Assembly (NCBI GenBank): GCA_009914755.4
Contig: CP086569.2
Span: 16,384,001 to 16,448,000, forward strand
DNA from: the human T2T-CHM13v2.0 reference genome, Homo sapiens
Direction: 5' to 3'
Length of the DNA stretch: 64,000 nucleotides
Shown here piece after piece: positions 11,841 through 24,100 of this stretch. A model generated the notes under the pieces. The model made no database searches, had not been told where the DNA came from, and saw only the letters and a program-made list of their open reading frames with translations. Both the position numbers and the translations under genes were made by a program. Positions within the stretch are counted from its first letter, which is position 1. Each line of letters begins with the position of its first letter.

Positions 11841-12040
11841 GAACTAATTTACATTTATTTATATTTATTATAAGTGAATAATTGTTTATATATTTAATAT
11901 ACTATATATTTTATAGTTATAACAATCTATACATAAATATATATTTATACTAGGAGTTATATGTTAAAATATATATTATATAAATAATAAAACTTTTAAT
12001 ACTTTTTAATATTTAAATAATAACTTTTTAGGTAAGACAT
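11841..12040. repeat. AT-rich low-complexity sequence flanking the other side of the L1 fragment
   Basis: TTTATATTTATTATAAGTGAATAATTGTTTATATATTTAATATACTATATATTTTATAG... Confidence 0.7.
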
Positions 12041-12119
12041 GCAAATGAATTTCTAAACCAAATATCCCCAGCATGAGATCTTCTAGTTACACATAGAAAA
12101 GCATTTACTTTCCAGCAAA

Positions 12120-12480
12120 ATTATTTTTTTAATTGAGAAATATAAAGTATATACATATATGGTATACAACATGACATTTTGCATTGTATATGTATCTATA
12201 TACACACACACATATACACACACACATGCACATTATGGAATGGCTTAATGAAGCTAATTAACATGTGCATTACTTGACATACTTTTTTTTGGGGTAGAAC
12301 ACTTATTAATCTACTGTTTAGTAATTTTCAAATATCCATTGTGTTGTTATTCACTACAGTCACCATGTTGTAGGAAAGATGTCTTGAACTCTGGCTCCTA
12401 AGTGAAACTTTCTATCCTTAGACCAACATCTCCCCAATGAAAAACACTTACCTTAATGTTCACTCCATTATATTCATTTT
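12120..12480 (-). mobile_element. Old LINE-1 (L1M-type) 3' end fragment, minus strand
   Basis: TTTTTAATTGAGAAATATA... and ...TTATTCACTACAGTCACCATGTTGTAG... match the antisense form of the mammalian-wide L1M 3' end (consensus TTTTAATTGAGA..TATTCACAGAGTTGTGCAACCATCACCAC). An internal (CA)n tract lies at about 12190-12235. Confidence 0.6.
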
Positions 12481-13070
12481 CTATTGCTCCATAGCACACA
12501 GTGGCTGACAACAACACCTGTGTATCATCTCTCTGGGTTCAGAAGTTTAAGCAAGGGTAGACTTTACCCTGCTCAGGGGATCGCCAGGATAAAATTAAGG
12601 TGCCAGCTACTTTGTGTTCTCCCCGAGCCTCCCGATGCTATTCCAAATTCAGTGCGTGTTGGTGGAATTCAGTTCTTCGTGGTTCTGGGACTGAGGTTCC
12701 CACATTCTTGCTGCTGAAAGTCCTTGGCCATTAGTGATTTCTAGGTCTATGGACCTCACAGGAAGTTTACATAATCACCATCAGCTTCTTTGTGGACACC
12801 AGTTGATGTCCAGCATCTCTCTCCAACTTCTGGCCATCTTAGAATTCTGCCTACTACTCCCACTGAATTTTTCTGGGTTGGCTGGGCCTTCCCCTCTTGT
12901 AGAAAGTTGTTCTGCAGGGAAACCACCCTCTTTCTTTTTCCAACCAGTCTTTCTCATGTTCCACAATGTGAGTATATCTGTGAGATGCTCCAGTTTCCTG
13001 CGACATCTATCATTTTGCTAAGATTTCCATCAGGCATCAAACTCTCTACAGGTGGGCTTTGAGGAGAAGG
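12480..13070 (+). repeat. Ancient mammalian interspersed repeat, same family as the copy at 56700-57180
   Basis: GTGTTGGTGGAATTCAGTTCTTCGTGGTTCTGGGACTGAGGTTCCCACATTCTTGCTGCTGAAAGTCCTTGGCC parallels the copy at 56860-56910 (...CAAATTTTGCTGGCTGTTGGCTAG...). Both resemble a widespread old repeat consensus (..GGATTCAGTTCCTCGCGGGCTGTTGGACTGAGGGCCTCAGTTCCTTGCTGGCTGTTGGCC..). Confidence 0.45.
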
Positions 13071-13478
13071 CTGACCTATTCTTGTGCCCCGGCCGGCACT
13101 GCCTATCTTTCTTTATTTTTTAATCTCAGGTCTAGAGTCATCCCTGCCCTGCCCAAAATGGGGAAAAGGGCATCTCTTCATAGAGATCAGAGCTACATAT
13201 AAAAGCCAAACTGGGTCCGAATCTAAACATCTGCATTTCCTTCCTCTTCCCCTTCCTTTAGGGGCTTTCTGCTGCGGATCAGGGGAGCAGATACGTGTCA
13301 ATGTATTCCTTCCCTTTGTAGCCTGTCCATTTGTGCCAGCCAGAATTATTAAGCAATGCCTAAGAGAAGAAATGCAATATGGGCTGCTGTCCAGGCATAA
13401 GCAAGTGATATATGGCTACTGGACAATGTGAATTGAGAAGGGGATATGGTTATAAATGATTACTTAGGAAAGAATACT

Positions 13479-13783
13479 GGGTCAGGCATGGTGGCTGATG
13501 CCTGTAATTCCAGCACTTTGGGAGGCTGAGGTGGGTGGATGGCTTGAGCTTAGGAGTTCAACACCAGCCATGGGCAAAATGGTGAAACCACATGTCTACT
13601 AAAAAAGCAAAAATTAGTCAGGCATCATGGCGTGCACCTGTAATCCCCAGCTACTGAGAAGACTGAGGTCCAAGAATCGCTTCAACCTGGGGGGGCATAG
13701 GTGGCAGTGAGCCAAGGTTGTACCACTGCAGTCCAGCCTGGGCAACAGCAAGACTCTGTCTCAAAAAATAAAAGAAAAAAAAT
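13479..13783 (+). mobile_element. Alu SINE
   Basis: GGGTCAGGCATGGTGGCTGATGCCTGTAATTCCAGCACTTTGGGAGGCTGAGGTGGGTGGATGGCTTGAGC ... CAGTCCAGCCTGGGCAACAGCAAGACTCTGTCTCAAAAAATAAAAG. Confidence 0.95.
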
Positions 13784-14920
13784 ATTTCTGTCTGAAGAGT
13801 CTACGGGAGCCAAAAGGCTTCTGTTTATAAAGAGGATTTTATACAGTGTGCACCTTTGACTTTGTGCCTTCTTGCCCCAGGAGTTACTCATTTTAAATAG
13901 ACAGCTCATCTACAGATCCTGCAGATAATCCCTCTGGTATAACCAGAATGTGTAGTTATTTATACATATATGTACCATAATTTTTTCCTTTCGAGGTAAT
14001 TGATGATGAATTATACTAAACAAACAGTTTTCTGGCTGACAAGTACTGTACTTTAGTGAATTTGTTTGATTAAATTGTAATAATGAAATTGAATTTGATG
14101 CTTGCTTTGTAAATGTCTACAAATGCAGTTCCTGTTGAAAATGAGGAAATCTGAAGTGCTTTCTAATGGACATCCCACTTCCTTAATGTTTCTTTTGTGT
14201 GTGTAAGGGAGAAAGTCTAACGTCTGTTCTTTCTCTCATAAGTTCTTATTTGTGACACTCTCCTGAAAACAAAAGTCAGATTCACAAGAGAAAAACCATG
14301 AGAAGTTTATTGACATATACTCTACCCATCACACAGGAGAGGCCTCAGTTCAAAAACACTTCTCTCTCAAGGCAGTGGCTTAGAGGCCTTGCTCAAATAG
14401 GATTTTAACAAAGAACCATAAATCCTATGTACTGACAAGACAAAGAGGAGAATATATGCAGGCTACCAAAAGGGAGAAAGATGTAGGAAGTTAAATTTCT
14501 AGGAGGAGTAAAATCTGCCTCGAGCTGCTGTGGTGCTGTCTCTGAGCTAATAGGTGAGAGTTGTAAAGGGTACTGTCTTTCAGTGGGAAAGGCAGGCAGG
14601 AGAGCAGGAAGGTGGCAAAGGCAGACAGGTGGGCAGGAAGACCTTGTCTTTGTAAATTGCTGTCTTGCTGTGAGGAAAGCAGATGGAGGGGCAGCGTGTC
14701 CACTGCCTTTTAACCTTCTTCTTTTCAGCAATTCTCATTATTTTAAAGAAGAATATTCTTGTTTCCTTCAAGTGTAAAAATTGTATCCATCTCTGAGCTC
14801 AGGAAACAAACAATTTACAACCACCCTCCCAGGCCGCTCCTGGCTTTTTTGGGTGTCCCAATTTGCTTTTTGCTTCCTCTCACCCATCCCAGCATATCTA
14901 CTTCAAAGACTGTTAATCAA

Positions 14921-15215
14921 GGCTGGGGTGGTGGCTCACTCCCTGGTGATTTGGGAGGCCAGGGAAGGAGGACTGCTTGAGGCCAGGAGTTTGAGACCAG
15001 TCTGGACAACATAGCAAGACCCTATCTCTAAAAGAAAAGTTAAAAAATTAACCAGGCATGCTGATACCTGGGTGGAGTCCCATCTACTCAGGAGGCTGAA
15101 GGTGGGAGGATTGGTTGAGGCTGGGAGGTTGAGACTACATTGAGTTATGATCGTACCATTACATTCAAGCCTGGGCCACAGAGCAAAAACCTGTCTCAAA
15201 ACATAAAAATATAAA
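14921..15215 (+). mobile_element. Alu SINE (older, more diverged copy)
   Basis: GGCTGGGGTGGTGGCTCACTCCCTGGTGATTTGGGAGGCCAGGGAAGGAGGACTGCTTGAGGCCAGGAGTTTGAGACCAGTCTGGACAACATAGCAAGACCCTATCTCTAAAAG ... AAGCCTGGGCCACAGAGCAAAAACCTGTCTCAAAAC. Confidence 0.9.
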
Positions 15216-15569
15216 AGATTATATGAATTGTCATCATCATGATTTATAGAAAATGCAAAGCCTGCCTGGTGCATGGTAGGAACACAATAAACACTATTTA
15301 CATGTTTCCCCCCCTTGAACATGTTCCCTTTTTCTCCTGACTCACATTATTTTTTGACTGATTGCAGGGGGGCACCCAGTACAAAACTGGCAACTCTGGC
15401 AGCTTTCTCTATGTATTTGCTTTCTTAACTTTTCCATAAAACCATTCTTCTAAAGCCTGCACATGCTCACAGTGGCCTTATTGTCTCTGATTAATCACAT
15501 CTGTCTAGAAAGAATGATTTGCTGTCTTAATACTTTAATAAAAATCTGAGTCAGTACACTCCTCTTCCG

Positions 15570-15872
<303 letters not shown>

Positions 15873-15970
15873 TTTCCTGTTTTATTTTTGTAAATGTCTT
15901 GTCTTCCCTTGTGGAATGAAAGGAATTTATACATCTATGGGAAATAATGAGGAGAACAAGATATTTAATA

Positions 15971-16545
15971 TTTTTCCATAGGTTTTTGGGAAACAGGTGG
16001 TGTTTGGCTACATGAGTAAGTTCATTAGCGGTGATTAGTGAGATTTTGGTGCTCCTGTCACCTGAGCAGTGTACACTGAACTCTATTTGTAGTCTTTTAT
16101 CCCTCACTCCCTTCCCACCTTTCCCCCCTGAATCCCCAAAGTCCATTGTATCATTCTTATGCCTTTGCATCCTCATAGCGTAGCTTCTACTCATGAGTGA
16201 GAATACACGATGTTTGGTTTTCCATTTCTGAGTTACTTCACTTAGAGTAATAGTCTCCAATCCAATCCAGGTTGCTGCAAATACCATTAGTTCATTCCTT
16301 CTTATGGCTGAGTAGTATTCTGTCATATATATACATGACAATTTCTTTATCCACTCATTGATTGATGGGCATTTAGGCTGGTTCCACATTTTTGCAACTG
16401 CAAATTGTGCTGCTGTAAACATGCATTTGCAAGTATCTTTTTTGTATAATGACTTCTTTAGCTCTGGGTAGATACCCAGGAGTGAGAGAACAAGGTATAT
16501 TGGAGGCTGATAAACCAGGGTTCCATTTATTGCTCTTGCTCTGGT
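15971..16545 (-). mobile_element. Old LINE-1 3' end fragment (ORF2 C-terminus plus 3' UTR), minus strand
   Basis: The minus-strand ORF 15802-16560 contains ..LLGIYPELKKSLYKKDTCKCMFTAAQFAVAKMWNQPKCPSINEWIKKLSCIYMTEYYSAIRRNELMVFAATWIGLETITLSEVTQKWKTKHRVFSLM (L1 ORF2p C-terminus). The plus strand GGTTTTTGGGAAACAGGTGGTGTTTGGCTACATGAGTAAGTTC... is the familiar antisense form of the older L1 3' end. Confidence 0.85.
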
Positions 16546-19500
16546 ATTTGATTTCTTCAAATCCTGTATAAATGTGGGAACCTTCTCAGCCTCACTTCTT
16601 GTGCAGTGGGAAGAAGAACACTACCGTTTAATGTGCGGTGAGAAAGGAGTGATGCAGTTGTGTATTTGGGGCTCCTGATGAATGATGGCCCCAGTGGGGA
16701 CTGGCCTGGATTGGAATCTTTCTTGTTATGCCTGGAGCCCCTTTACCTACTCCCAACTGTTCTCTACCCTGAAAGAAGCCCAGGGTGAATGGCATCCATA
16801 TGCTGTTTTGCCTTTTATGTTGTCATGTTGTCGTGGTTGTTTTTGGCCAAGGAAAGTCGACACATAAAGGGAAAGGAGAACCAGGCTGGGGTTTTCATCT
16901 CCTCTGTTCCCTCCTGCAGGGTTGCCCAGGATTGCATCCTGCACTCCTCAAAGGTCATCACAAGCTCTGGGATCACTCCTTCCCCTTTGGGCCTCGGTGT
17001 GGTACCAGTCTCAGGGGTGAACTGCCTTCCTCCTCTTTCTGCCCACACTGATGTTAGCTGTCTTTTCAGTAAATTCTCCTCTCATTCTCCTATATTGTAT
17101 GTGTTTCCTCTTTTTTGCTGGGACCATGTTACCAATGCTAGATCCTGCTTGGCATTCCCAGGCAAATGACAGCTTATTCACATATCACAATGCTGTCCAC
17201 AGCAGAGGAACCACAAGGCTAATTAGGAGCTCATGTGCATAGCAAACATATTGGGATTGCTCCTTCAAGCTGGTCAGAGACCTTTTCCTTAGTAACAGAG
17301 TCATCAGAGGCGTTATCTGCCTTGCAACCTAACAGTGATGCAACTGATGTCTTAAGAGATGGGGCAGACATGCACCTTTAACCCCTTTTTCAACATGATG
17401 GTAAATAAGTGACATGTGGCTTCCAATACACAATAGCAGGATGCTACACCCACGGCTGCGATTCTTTAGTATTTAGGGGATCTCCCAGGAAAGAAAAGTT
17501 TATTTTACATAAAAATAAAACTTCAACAGGGCTGCAACTCCATTGGTCCAAAAGTCTCCTTTGCTTGGTGTCAAAAACAAAACAAAACAAAACAAATGCA
17601 GACTTAGTAAGGAGGAACTTTTATTCAAAAGGCTTAATGTAAGAGAGAAAACACTCTGACTATAAGGTCTGCAAGCCTCTTAAAGACTAGAGGGAACACA
17701 TGTTTTTGTTTTACAGACAGTAGTAAACAAGGCTAGAAAATGTCACAGGCACTGATGTGGAATTAAGTGTGGCCTCATTAGATAGTAGGTGAGAGAATAT
17801 TTGCCCTGAGGGCAGGTTCCCAGGAGGAAGTGCCTGCTCACTCAGACTGAGGATGGGCCCATGTTCAGGGTTCTAAGGGAAAGAGAGAAACTGATCCAAC
17901 ATTTGACTAGGAAGAACAAGTGGCTCAGCTAACTTGCAACTGTTTATAAGACAAAGAATGAGGATTTAGAGGGTCTGTCTCTGTCCTATTAGACAAGGGA
18001 CATCCATGAGTCTTTTCTCAGTCATATGGGGAAGGGGGTTCTTTGCAATAAGCCATTTTCCAGAACACAAGGTGTGGGAGGATGTTAAGGAGTATTCAGT
18101 AGCACTTGATAAAGCACAATAAGGAAGACTTTATTCAGGACCATCACGACAGGTGCAGGGACCACAGCAATGGGGACTTGCAGTGGGGGAGAAAGATTGG
18201 GCTCAGATCTGAATACAGCATTGGAAAGTGGGGATTCATATCCATGGAGTAGGGTGCCCATCAGTGGATGGAAAACTACTAAGAGGAAACACCAAGGGCC
18301 AGCAGGATTCCTGCTAAACTGACCTAACAAGATTCTAGCAGAAGGCCAACCAGGTGACCACATGTCTCCTGGGGGTGGTGGAGGCTGAGGAGCCTGATCA
18401 GATACTGAGGTTGAACAGATGGGAGGGTAGGGGGGTGGTAGATTGTTCTTGTTAAATTGACTTAATAGGCTTCTTGCTCAAACTGGATTTTACAAACAAG
18501 CACACAGATGGGCCTGGGAGAAGGTTGAAGATCCACAGAAGTTAGACGGCTATGATTTAAGAGGTTTTGAGCATTTGCATCACATACCACATTCTCTGGG
18601 CACTAAAGAGAAGGTAACAAGGCTTTAGCTTTTAGAGGCCTCCACATGATCAACACCTTTCCTCCCGAGTAGGTCAGCTCCCTATGGCCATGCACCCACC
18701 AGCAACCTCTCTATTGACACTTTTTGCCTTTTTATTAGAATTGCTCGGGCTAATGAGAGCCACTTCTAGTCCCAATAGTACGAACATCTCATCCAACCTC
18801 TTACTGCTTCGAGGGTTTATTTTGACTCTGGTTTGGTTTTCCTAAGGAATCCCACTGAAAGACAGAAGAGAGAATAATACTTTTCTAATCAAATTTCTAC
18901 ACCAGGTGTTTGTAGAGCAAAGCTGCTGCTTCACCAGGCTAGGGTCCCTTCCCTAGGGCCCTGTGAGACTTTCATGGGCCATGAGGGCTAAACATATTAA
19001 ATATATTTTAATATAAATATATATTATATAAAAACATAAAACATATTAACATTTGTATTTTACAACTATATTGGTGCAAATACCAATATGGCCTTAAACC
19101 CTAATGTTCATTTTCTTTTCTTTTGGTTATAAAACAAATTAAAACATTTTGTTTTAATTTGACTGATGGGTAATAATCTGGCCTTTCCCCACTCTCGGAT
19201 CATGGAGGTTGGGGCTATTTTATATTTTATTCCTGTCTGCATTTCTCAGCCTCTCTCTTGAACTAAGAAGGCAGTTGATGAATCTTGGCAGAACTGGAAC
19301 TTTTATTCCCCACTTGTTTGACATCAATCTGGAAATGTAGTAAACATTCCCTACATTGTTGAATTGAATCACATTAGAAAGCACATATTAGTGCATTGCA
19401 TTTTTAATTGCCAAGGAAAATTTTATTTTAACGTCACATTAATATGTTCTAAGGAACATTTATACTTGATGCAATCAGATTCCTGAGATAAGCCAAATAC

Positions 19501-20689
19501 ACTTCCTGTTTTTGTTTTTTTCCTCTACTCTTCATTGTATGCCTTTCAAGGAAATCTGAAAAGTTGGCTTTCTTTTTTGAATTGTTAGTCACATAGATAT
19601 GTAGACTGCAATTTTGCTTCTCCTGCAGGATTGCTGACCTTGTAAAATGATGCCTATGTATGCATCACTAATCTATGTGCTTAACTTTTAACAACTATGT
19701 AATGCTAGGAATATAGACATCGCCTGCCAACAGGTGGAGGTTGAGGAATCCTGTAGAGGATGACCTGATGTCATGCGTGATCAGATATTGAAGGTGATGA
19801 TTCTTGCAAAAACTGGATTTTACAAAGAAGTGCACAGATAATCTTAGATCAAGATTCAGGAGACTGGGTTATATTTGGTCAAGCAAAGAATTTTGTCAAG
19901 GGATTTCTTAACCTTTGCTGTGTTGCAAGATCAAAGGGTTTGGCTGAAAGGCGACAATGTCAGTGGCATTTCAATTTAGCAACCTCTTTTTCTGTTTTGT
20001 CATGGTTGCTGAGCTCAAAGGGAGAAAATATTCAAGGAGCCCACCAAGAAAATGCTCACTTAGGCTGGAATAGTAAGAGATATGTTGTGGGTATAGGATC
20101 AACGATTGCTGAAAAGCTTACTTGAGTGTCTCTCAGGCTGACACCACTTGCCACTTAGCAGTATAATGCAACCTGGCTCTGCACTTAGCAAACCTGGCTC
20201 CAAGGGCTTTCCAAAAGATAAAACCACAATAGCCATTGCTGTCTTCTAATTATCCTATTAGCCTTGTTCAAATCATCTTTTATTTATTTTATTTTATTTT
20301 TTTAATAAAAGCAAGCTTTATTTTGCTGTCTGATGAGATAATATGCTGGCTTGAGAGTTTGGAATAAAAAATGTTATGAATATTTGTTATTAAGGAAAGT
20401 TTCTAAGCACATAGTTATTAAGAAAAACACACATTATTAAGCAAATTTTCCAAGCAAAAGTCTTAGAATAGACATAATAATGTGAAATAACGAATGGTGA
20501 CTTTAGTATTTGCCATTGTCATTGTTCCATGAAATATGTTTTTAAAGAAATTTTATTTGATAGTGACAAGAATACTAAAAATGAGATCTATACTCTTAAA
20601 ATTTTAAGTGTACAATATAGTATTATTGACTGCTGGAACAATGTTTGACTGCAGTTCTCTGGAGCTAATCCACCTTGCTTACCTGAAGG

Positions 20690-22000
20690 TTTATGCCTGC
20701 TGATTCATAACTCCTCATTTTCCCTTCCCCCCACCCCTGGAAACCAACACTTTACATTTTGGTCTTATGAATTTAACTACTTTAGATACCTCCTATAAAT
20801 GGAATCATACAGAATTTGTCTTTCTGTAACTGGCTCATTTCACTTAACATAAGGTTCTCAAGGTTCTTCATGCTGTTACATATTATAGAATTTCCTTCCT
20901 TTTAAGGCTGCATAATATTCCAACATATGTATATAGCATGTTTTTTAAAAAATCCATTTATCTGTTGATAGGTGCTTAGGTTGCTTCCATATCTTGGCTA
21001 TGGTGAATAGCTTGCAGTGAGCAGAGCAATGCAGATTTCAATGCTTTGAGATCCCAATTTTAGTACTGTTAGATATATTTCCAGGGGTGGGATTGCTAGA
21101 TCACAAGGTAGTTCCATTTTTTAATTTGTTGAGGAACTTCCATAATGTTTTTCATAACAGCAGCAACTTTTTGCATTTTGCCAACAGGGTGCAAAGAAAT
21201 TCTCTGCACGTCCTCACTAACACTTGTCTTTTGTTTTTTTAAGACCAGCTGTTCTGACAGGTGTGGGATGATATCTCATTGTGTGTGACTTTGATTTGCA
21301 TTTCCCTGATGATTAGTGATGTTGGGCATCTTTTCATGTGCTTCTTGGCCATTTGTATGTCTTCTTCAGAGAAATGTCTACTGAAGTCCTTTGTCCATTT
21401 TTTAACTGGGTCTTGTGTATGTTTGTTATTGAGTGTGGGAGTTAATTATATACTTTGGATATATAGTTATCAGTATATGGTTTGCAAATATTTTCCCCCA
21501 TTTCATAGGTTGCCTTTCCACTCCATTGATTATTTCTTTTCCTGCATAGAAGCTTTTCAGTTTGATACAATACCACTTGTCTATTTTTACTTCTATTGCC
21601 TGAAGCCAATTCACATTCTTAAAATTATTTTTTGATGAACAGAAATAGTTGCTTCATTTTACCTTTTACTCTTTATATCTTAATTTGAGTAATTTCTCTT
21701 GACCTGTCTTCAAGGTCTCTGATGCTTTTCTTTGCTCACAACATGAATTTCTTACTTCTGATGTTAAATCTACTTTGTTCTATATCTAGCATTTCTGTTT
21801 GTTGCTTCTTTTGTATTTTCATCTTGTCCCTGAAATTCCCCATGTCTTAACACATGCTGTTTGCCTTTCCTGCTAGATTATTTTATGGATCCTTAAATGC
21901 ATTTTGTATGGATATCTTAAAGGCTGTACATGAGAATTCTAACATTTGTGTGTCTCATGCTATTTTACATGTCATAAATGTAAACATAAATATGCATGCA
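20690..22000 (-). mobile_element. Old LINE-1 (L1M-type) ORF2 3' region, minus strand
   Basis: The minus-strand ORF 21426-21614 encodes [56 protein letters not shown], the L1 ORF2 [31 protein letters not shown] motif. The plus-strand frame 21261-21635 (..[26 protein letters not shown]..) is the usual antisense read-through of L1M. The right boundary is approximate. Confidence 0.75.
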
Positions 22001-22739
22001 TTATAGACATTGATTGTAAAAAATATTGGAGACAGAGTCAGTCATATATTCCCCTAGAAAACACCACATGCTTCTTCTGTGTGGCCCCTTGATAAACTGC
22101 CATGTCAGTATGGGTATCATTTCTTCACTTTTAATTAGGTTATGCTCACCCTGTTGGCTTCAGGTGCTTTGAGAGGGGATCCACAATTTCCCTTTAGTGG
22201 AGCTTAGGATCTGAGCATTGGTGAGACTCTAAGTCATGCTGTTTGCAGCCTGGCTGCTCACCTGTTGGGCTTTTGAAGAGAAGAGTCCTCTTTGTTTTCT
22301 ATCCTATGCTGGATGTGGTCATTCCAAATTTCCACCCTGGCTGGGGGACAGGGACAAATGTGTGACTCCCATGGTGAAGGCTAGGAGTGCCTTGGAGGGG
22401 TGCATCTGAGCTTTCCTGCACCACTTCCCTCCGAACTATTTTGCACTGCCTGGTGTAGGATTCCCCACGGGGCTTTATGAAGACTGTGTGAGTGCTTTGA
22501 AGGGTTGGCTGCAGATGGGCTCTCTGGCTGGGCCTCATAAGGATGCTGATCTGTCATGCAAGCCTGCCCACATGTAGTTGTTAAAAATGCCTTTCAACAT
22601 CAGCTGAATTACTCCTCATCTCCCCACTCCGTCTATGAGGGCTGAAAGCAGTTGAATGTTTCTTCTTTGTAGGAATGTTCACCACATCCTGGATTCTAGT
22701 TCATGTATGTTTTTCTGCATCTTCAGCCTTTTTCTGGGT

Positions 22740-23026
22740 GCTGTGGAGGGACAGGGTTTTGCTCTGACACCCAGGATGCAGTGCAGTGATCATGGCTTAC
22801 TGCAGCCTTGAACACCTGGCTCAAGAGATCTTCCTACCTAGGCCTTCCAAGTAGCTGGGACTGCAGGCATGTTCCACCATGCCTGGCTAATTTGTTTATT
22901 TATTTGTTTGCAGAAATGGAATATTTCTATGTTGCCTAGGCTGGTCTTGAACTCATAACCTCAAGCAGTCCTCCAGCTTTGGTCCCCAAAAGTGCTGCAA
23001 TTAGAGGCATAAGCCACCATGCCAGG
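22740..23026 (-). mobile_element. Alu SINE (minus strand), old and diverged
   Basis: GGGACAGGGTTTTGCTCTGACACCCAGGATGCAGTGCAGTGATCATGGCTTACTGCAGCCTTGAACACCTGGCTCAAGAGATCTTCCTACC ... GGTCCCCAAAAGTGCTGCAATTAGAGGCATAAGCCACCATGCCAGG. Confidence 0.9.
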
Positions 23027-23149
23027 TCAATCCTTAGCATTTTTTTATGGATCTTAAAAGGCAATAATTTTAATTGGAGGTCTCAAAAATCACTGTTCAG
23101 AGTATGAAGTTGTTTAGCCCCGCTAGAGAAGTTTGGTAGTTCCTTTATA

Positions 23150-24100
23150 ATTTAAACGTAGAATTTCCATATGACCCAGTCATTCCACTCCTAGATGTGT
23201 ACCACAAAGAACTGAAACAGGTGTGAATGTTCATAGCAGCATTATTCATAATATCCCTAAAGTGAAAGCAACCCAGATATGCATCAGCTGAGGAGTGGAT
23301 AAATAAGATATGGCGCAGCCACATATTGCAATATTGGTTGGGCATTGTTTTAGTCCAGTCTCACATTGCTATAAGGAAATACCCAAGACTGGGTAATTTG
23401 TAAAGGAAAAAGGTTTCATTTACTCACAGTTCCACATGGCTGGGGACGCCTCAGGAATGTTACAATCGCGGTGGAAGGGGAAGCGGAACATCTTACATGG
23501 TGATAGGTGAGAGAAGAGCAAGTGAAAGGGGAAGAGCACCTTATAAAACCATGAGATATTATTAGAGCTCACTATCACAAGAACAGCATAGGGGAAACTG
23601 CTCTTATGATCCAATCACCTCCCACCAAGTCTCTCCCTCATCTGGGGATTATAACTGAAGATGAGATTTGAGTGGGGACACAAAGCCTAACCATATCAGG
23701 CATAAAAGGAACAAAGTACTTTTGGTAACACTGTAGTATGTTTACGCACATATTATCAGGTGGGTGAGCCTAGAAAACATCATGCTTAGTGACAGAAGCC
23801 AGAAAAAAAGGCTACATGGTGCATGATTCCATTCATATGGAATGTCCGGAACAGGCAAATCCATAGAGAGAAAAAGCAAATTAGTGGTTCTCAGGAGCTG
23901 GCAGAGAGGAATGAGAAGTTACCACTGACAGGCAAGGAATCTCCATTTAGAGGTGATGAAAATGTTCTGGAATGAGATACACATGAGAGTTGTACAACAT
24001 TGTGGATGTACTGAGTGTCACTGAGTTGGACACTTAAAGTGGTTTAAATGGTGAAGCTGATGTTATGTGAATTTTATCACAATTAAAAAAAGAAACTATG
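23150..24100 (+). mobile_element. Old primate LINE-1 3' end (ORF2 C-terminus plus 3' UTR with a ~360-bp internal segment), plus strand
   Basis: Plus-strand translation gives YDPVIPLLDVYHKELK...MFIAALFII..KQP..ASAEEWINKIWRSHILQYW (L1 ORF2p C-terminus). Downstream is ...ACATCATGCTTAGTGACAGAAGCCAGAAAAAAAGGCTACATGGTGCATGATTCCATTCATATGGAATGTCC...GGTGATGAAAATGTTCTGGAATGAGAT...GTGAATTTTATCACAATTAAAAAAA, the classic L1M/L1P 3' terminus. The segment 23345-23700 (GTCCAGTCTCACATTGCTATAAGGAAATACCCAAGACTGGGTAATTTGTAAAGG...GGGGATTATAACTGAAGATGAGATTTGAGTGGGGACACAAAGCCTAACCATATCAG) is a common primate repeat module, assigned here only tentatively as L1 3'-UTR associated. Confidence 0.7.

Noticed and set aside
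17560-17600. (AAAAC)n run and nearby short ORFs 17409-17642 as a possible small gene
   Set aside because: It is a simple-repeat expansion in unique DNA. The 77-aa ORF has no supporting features.
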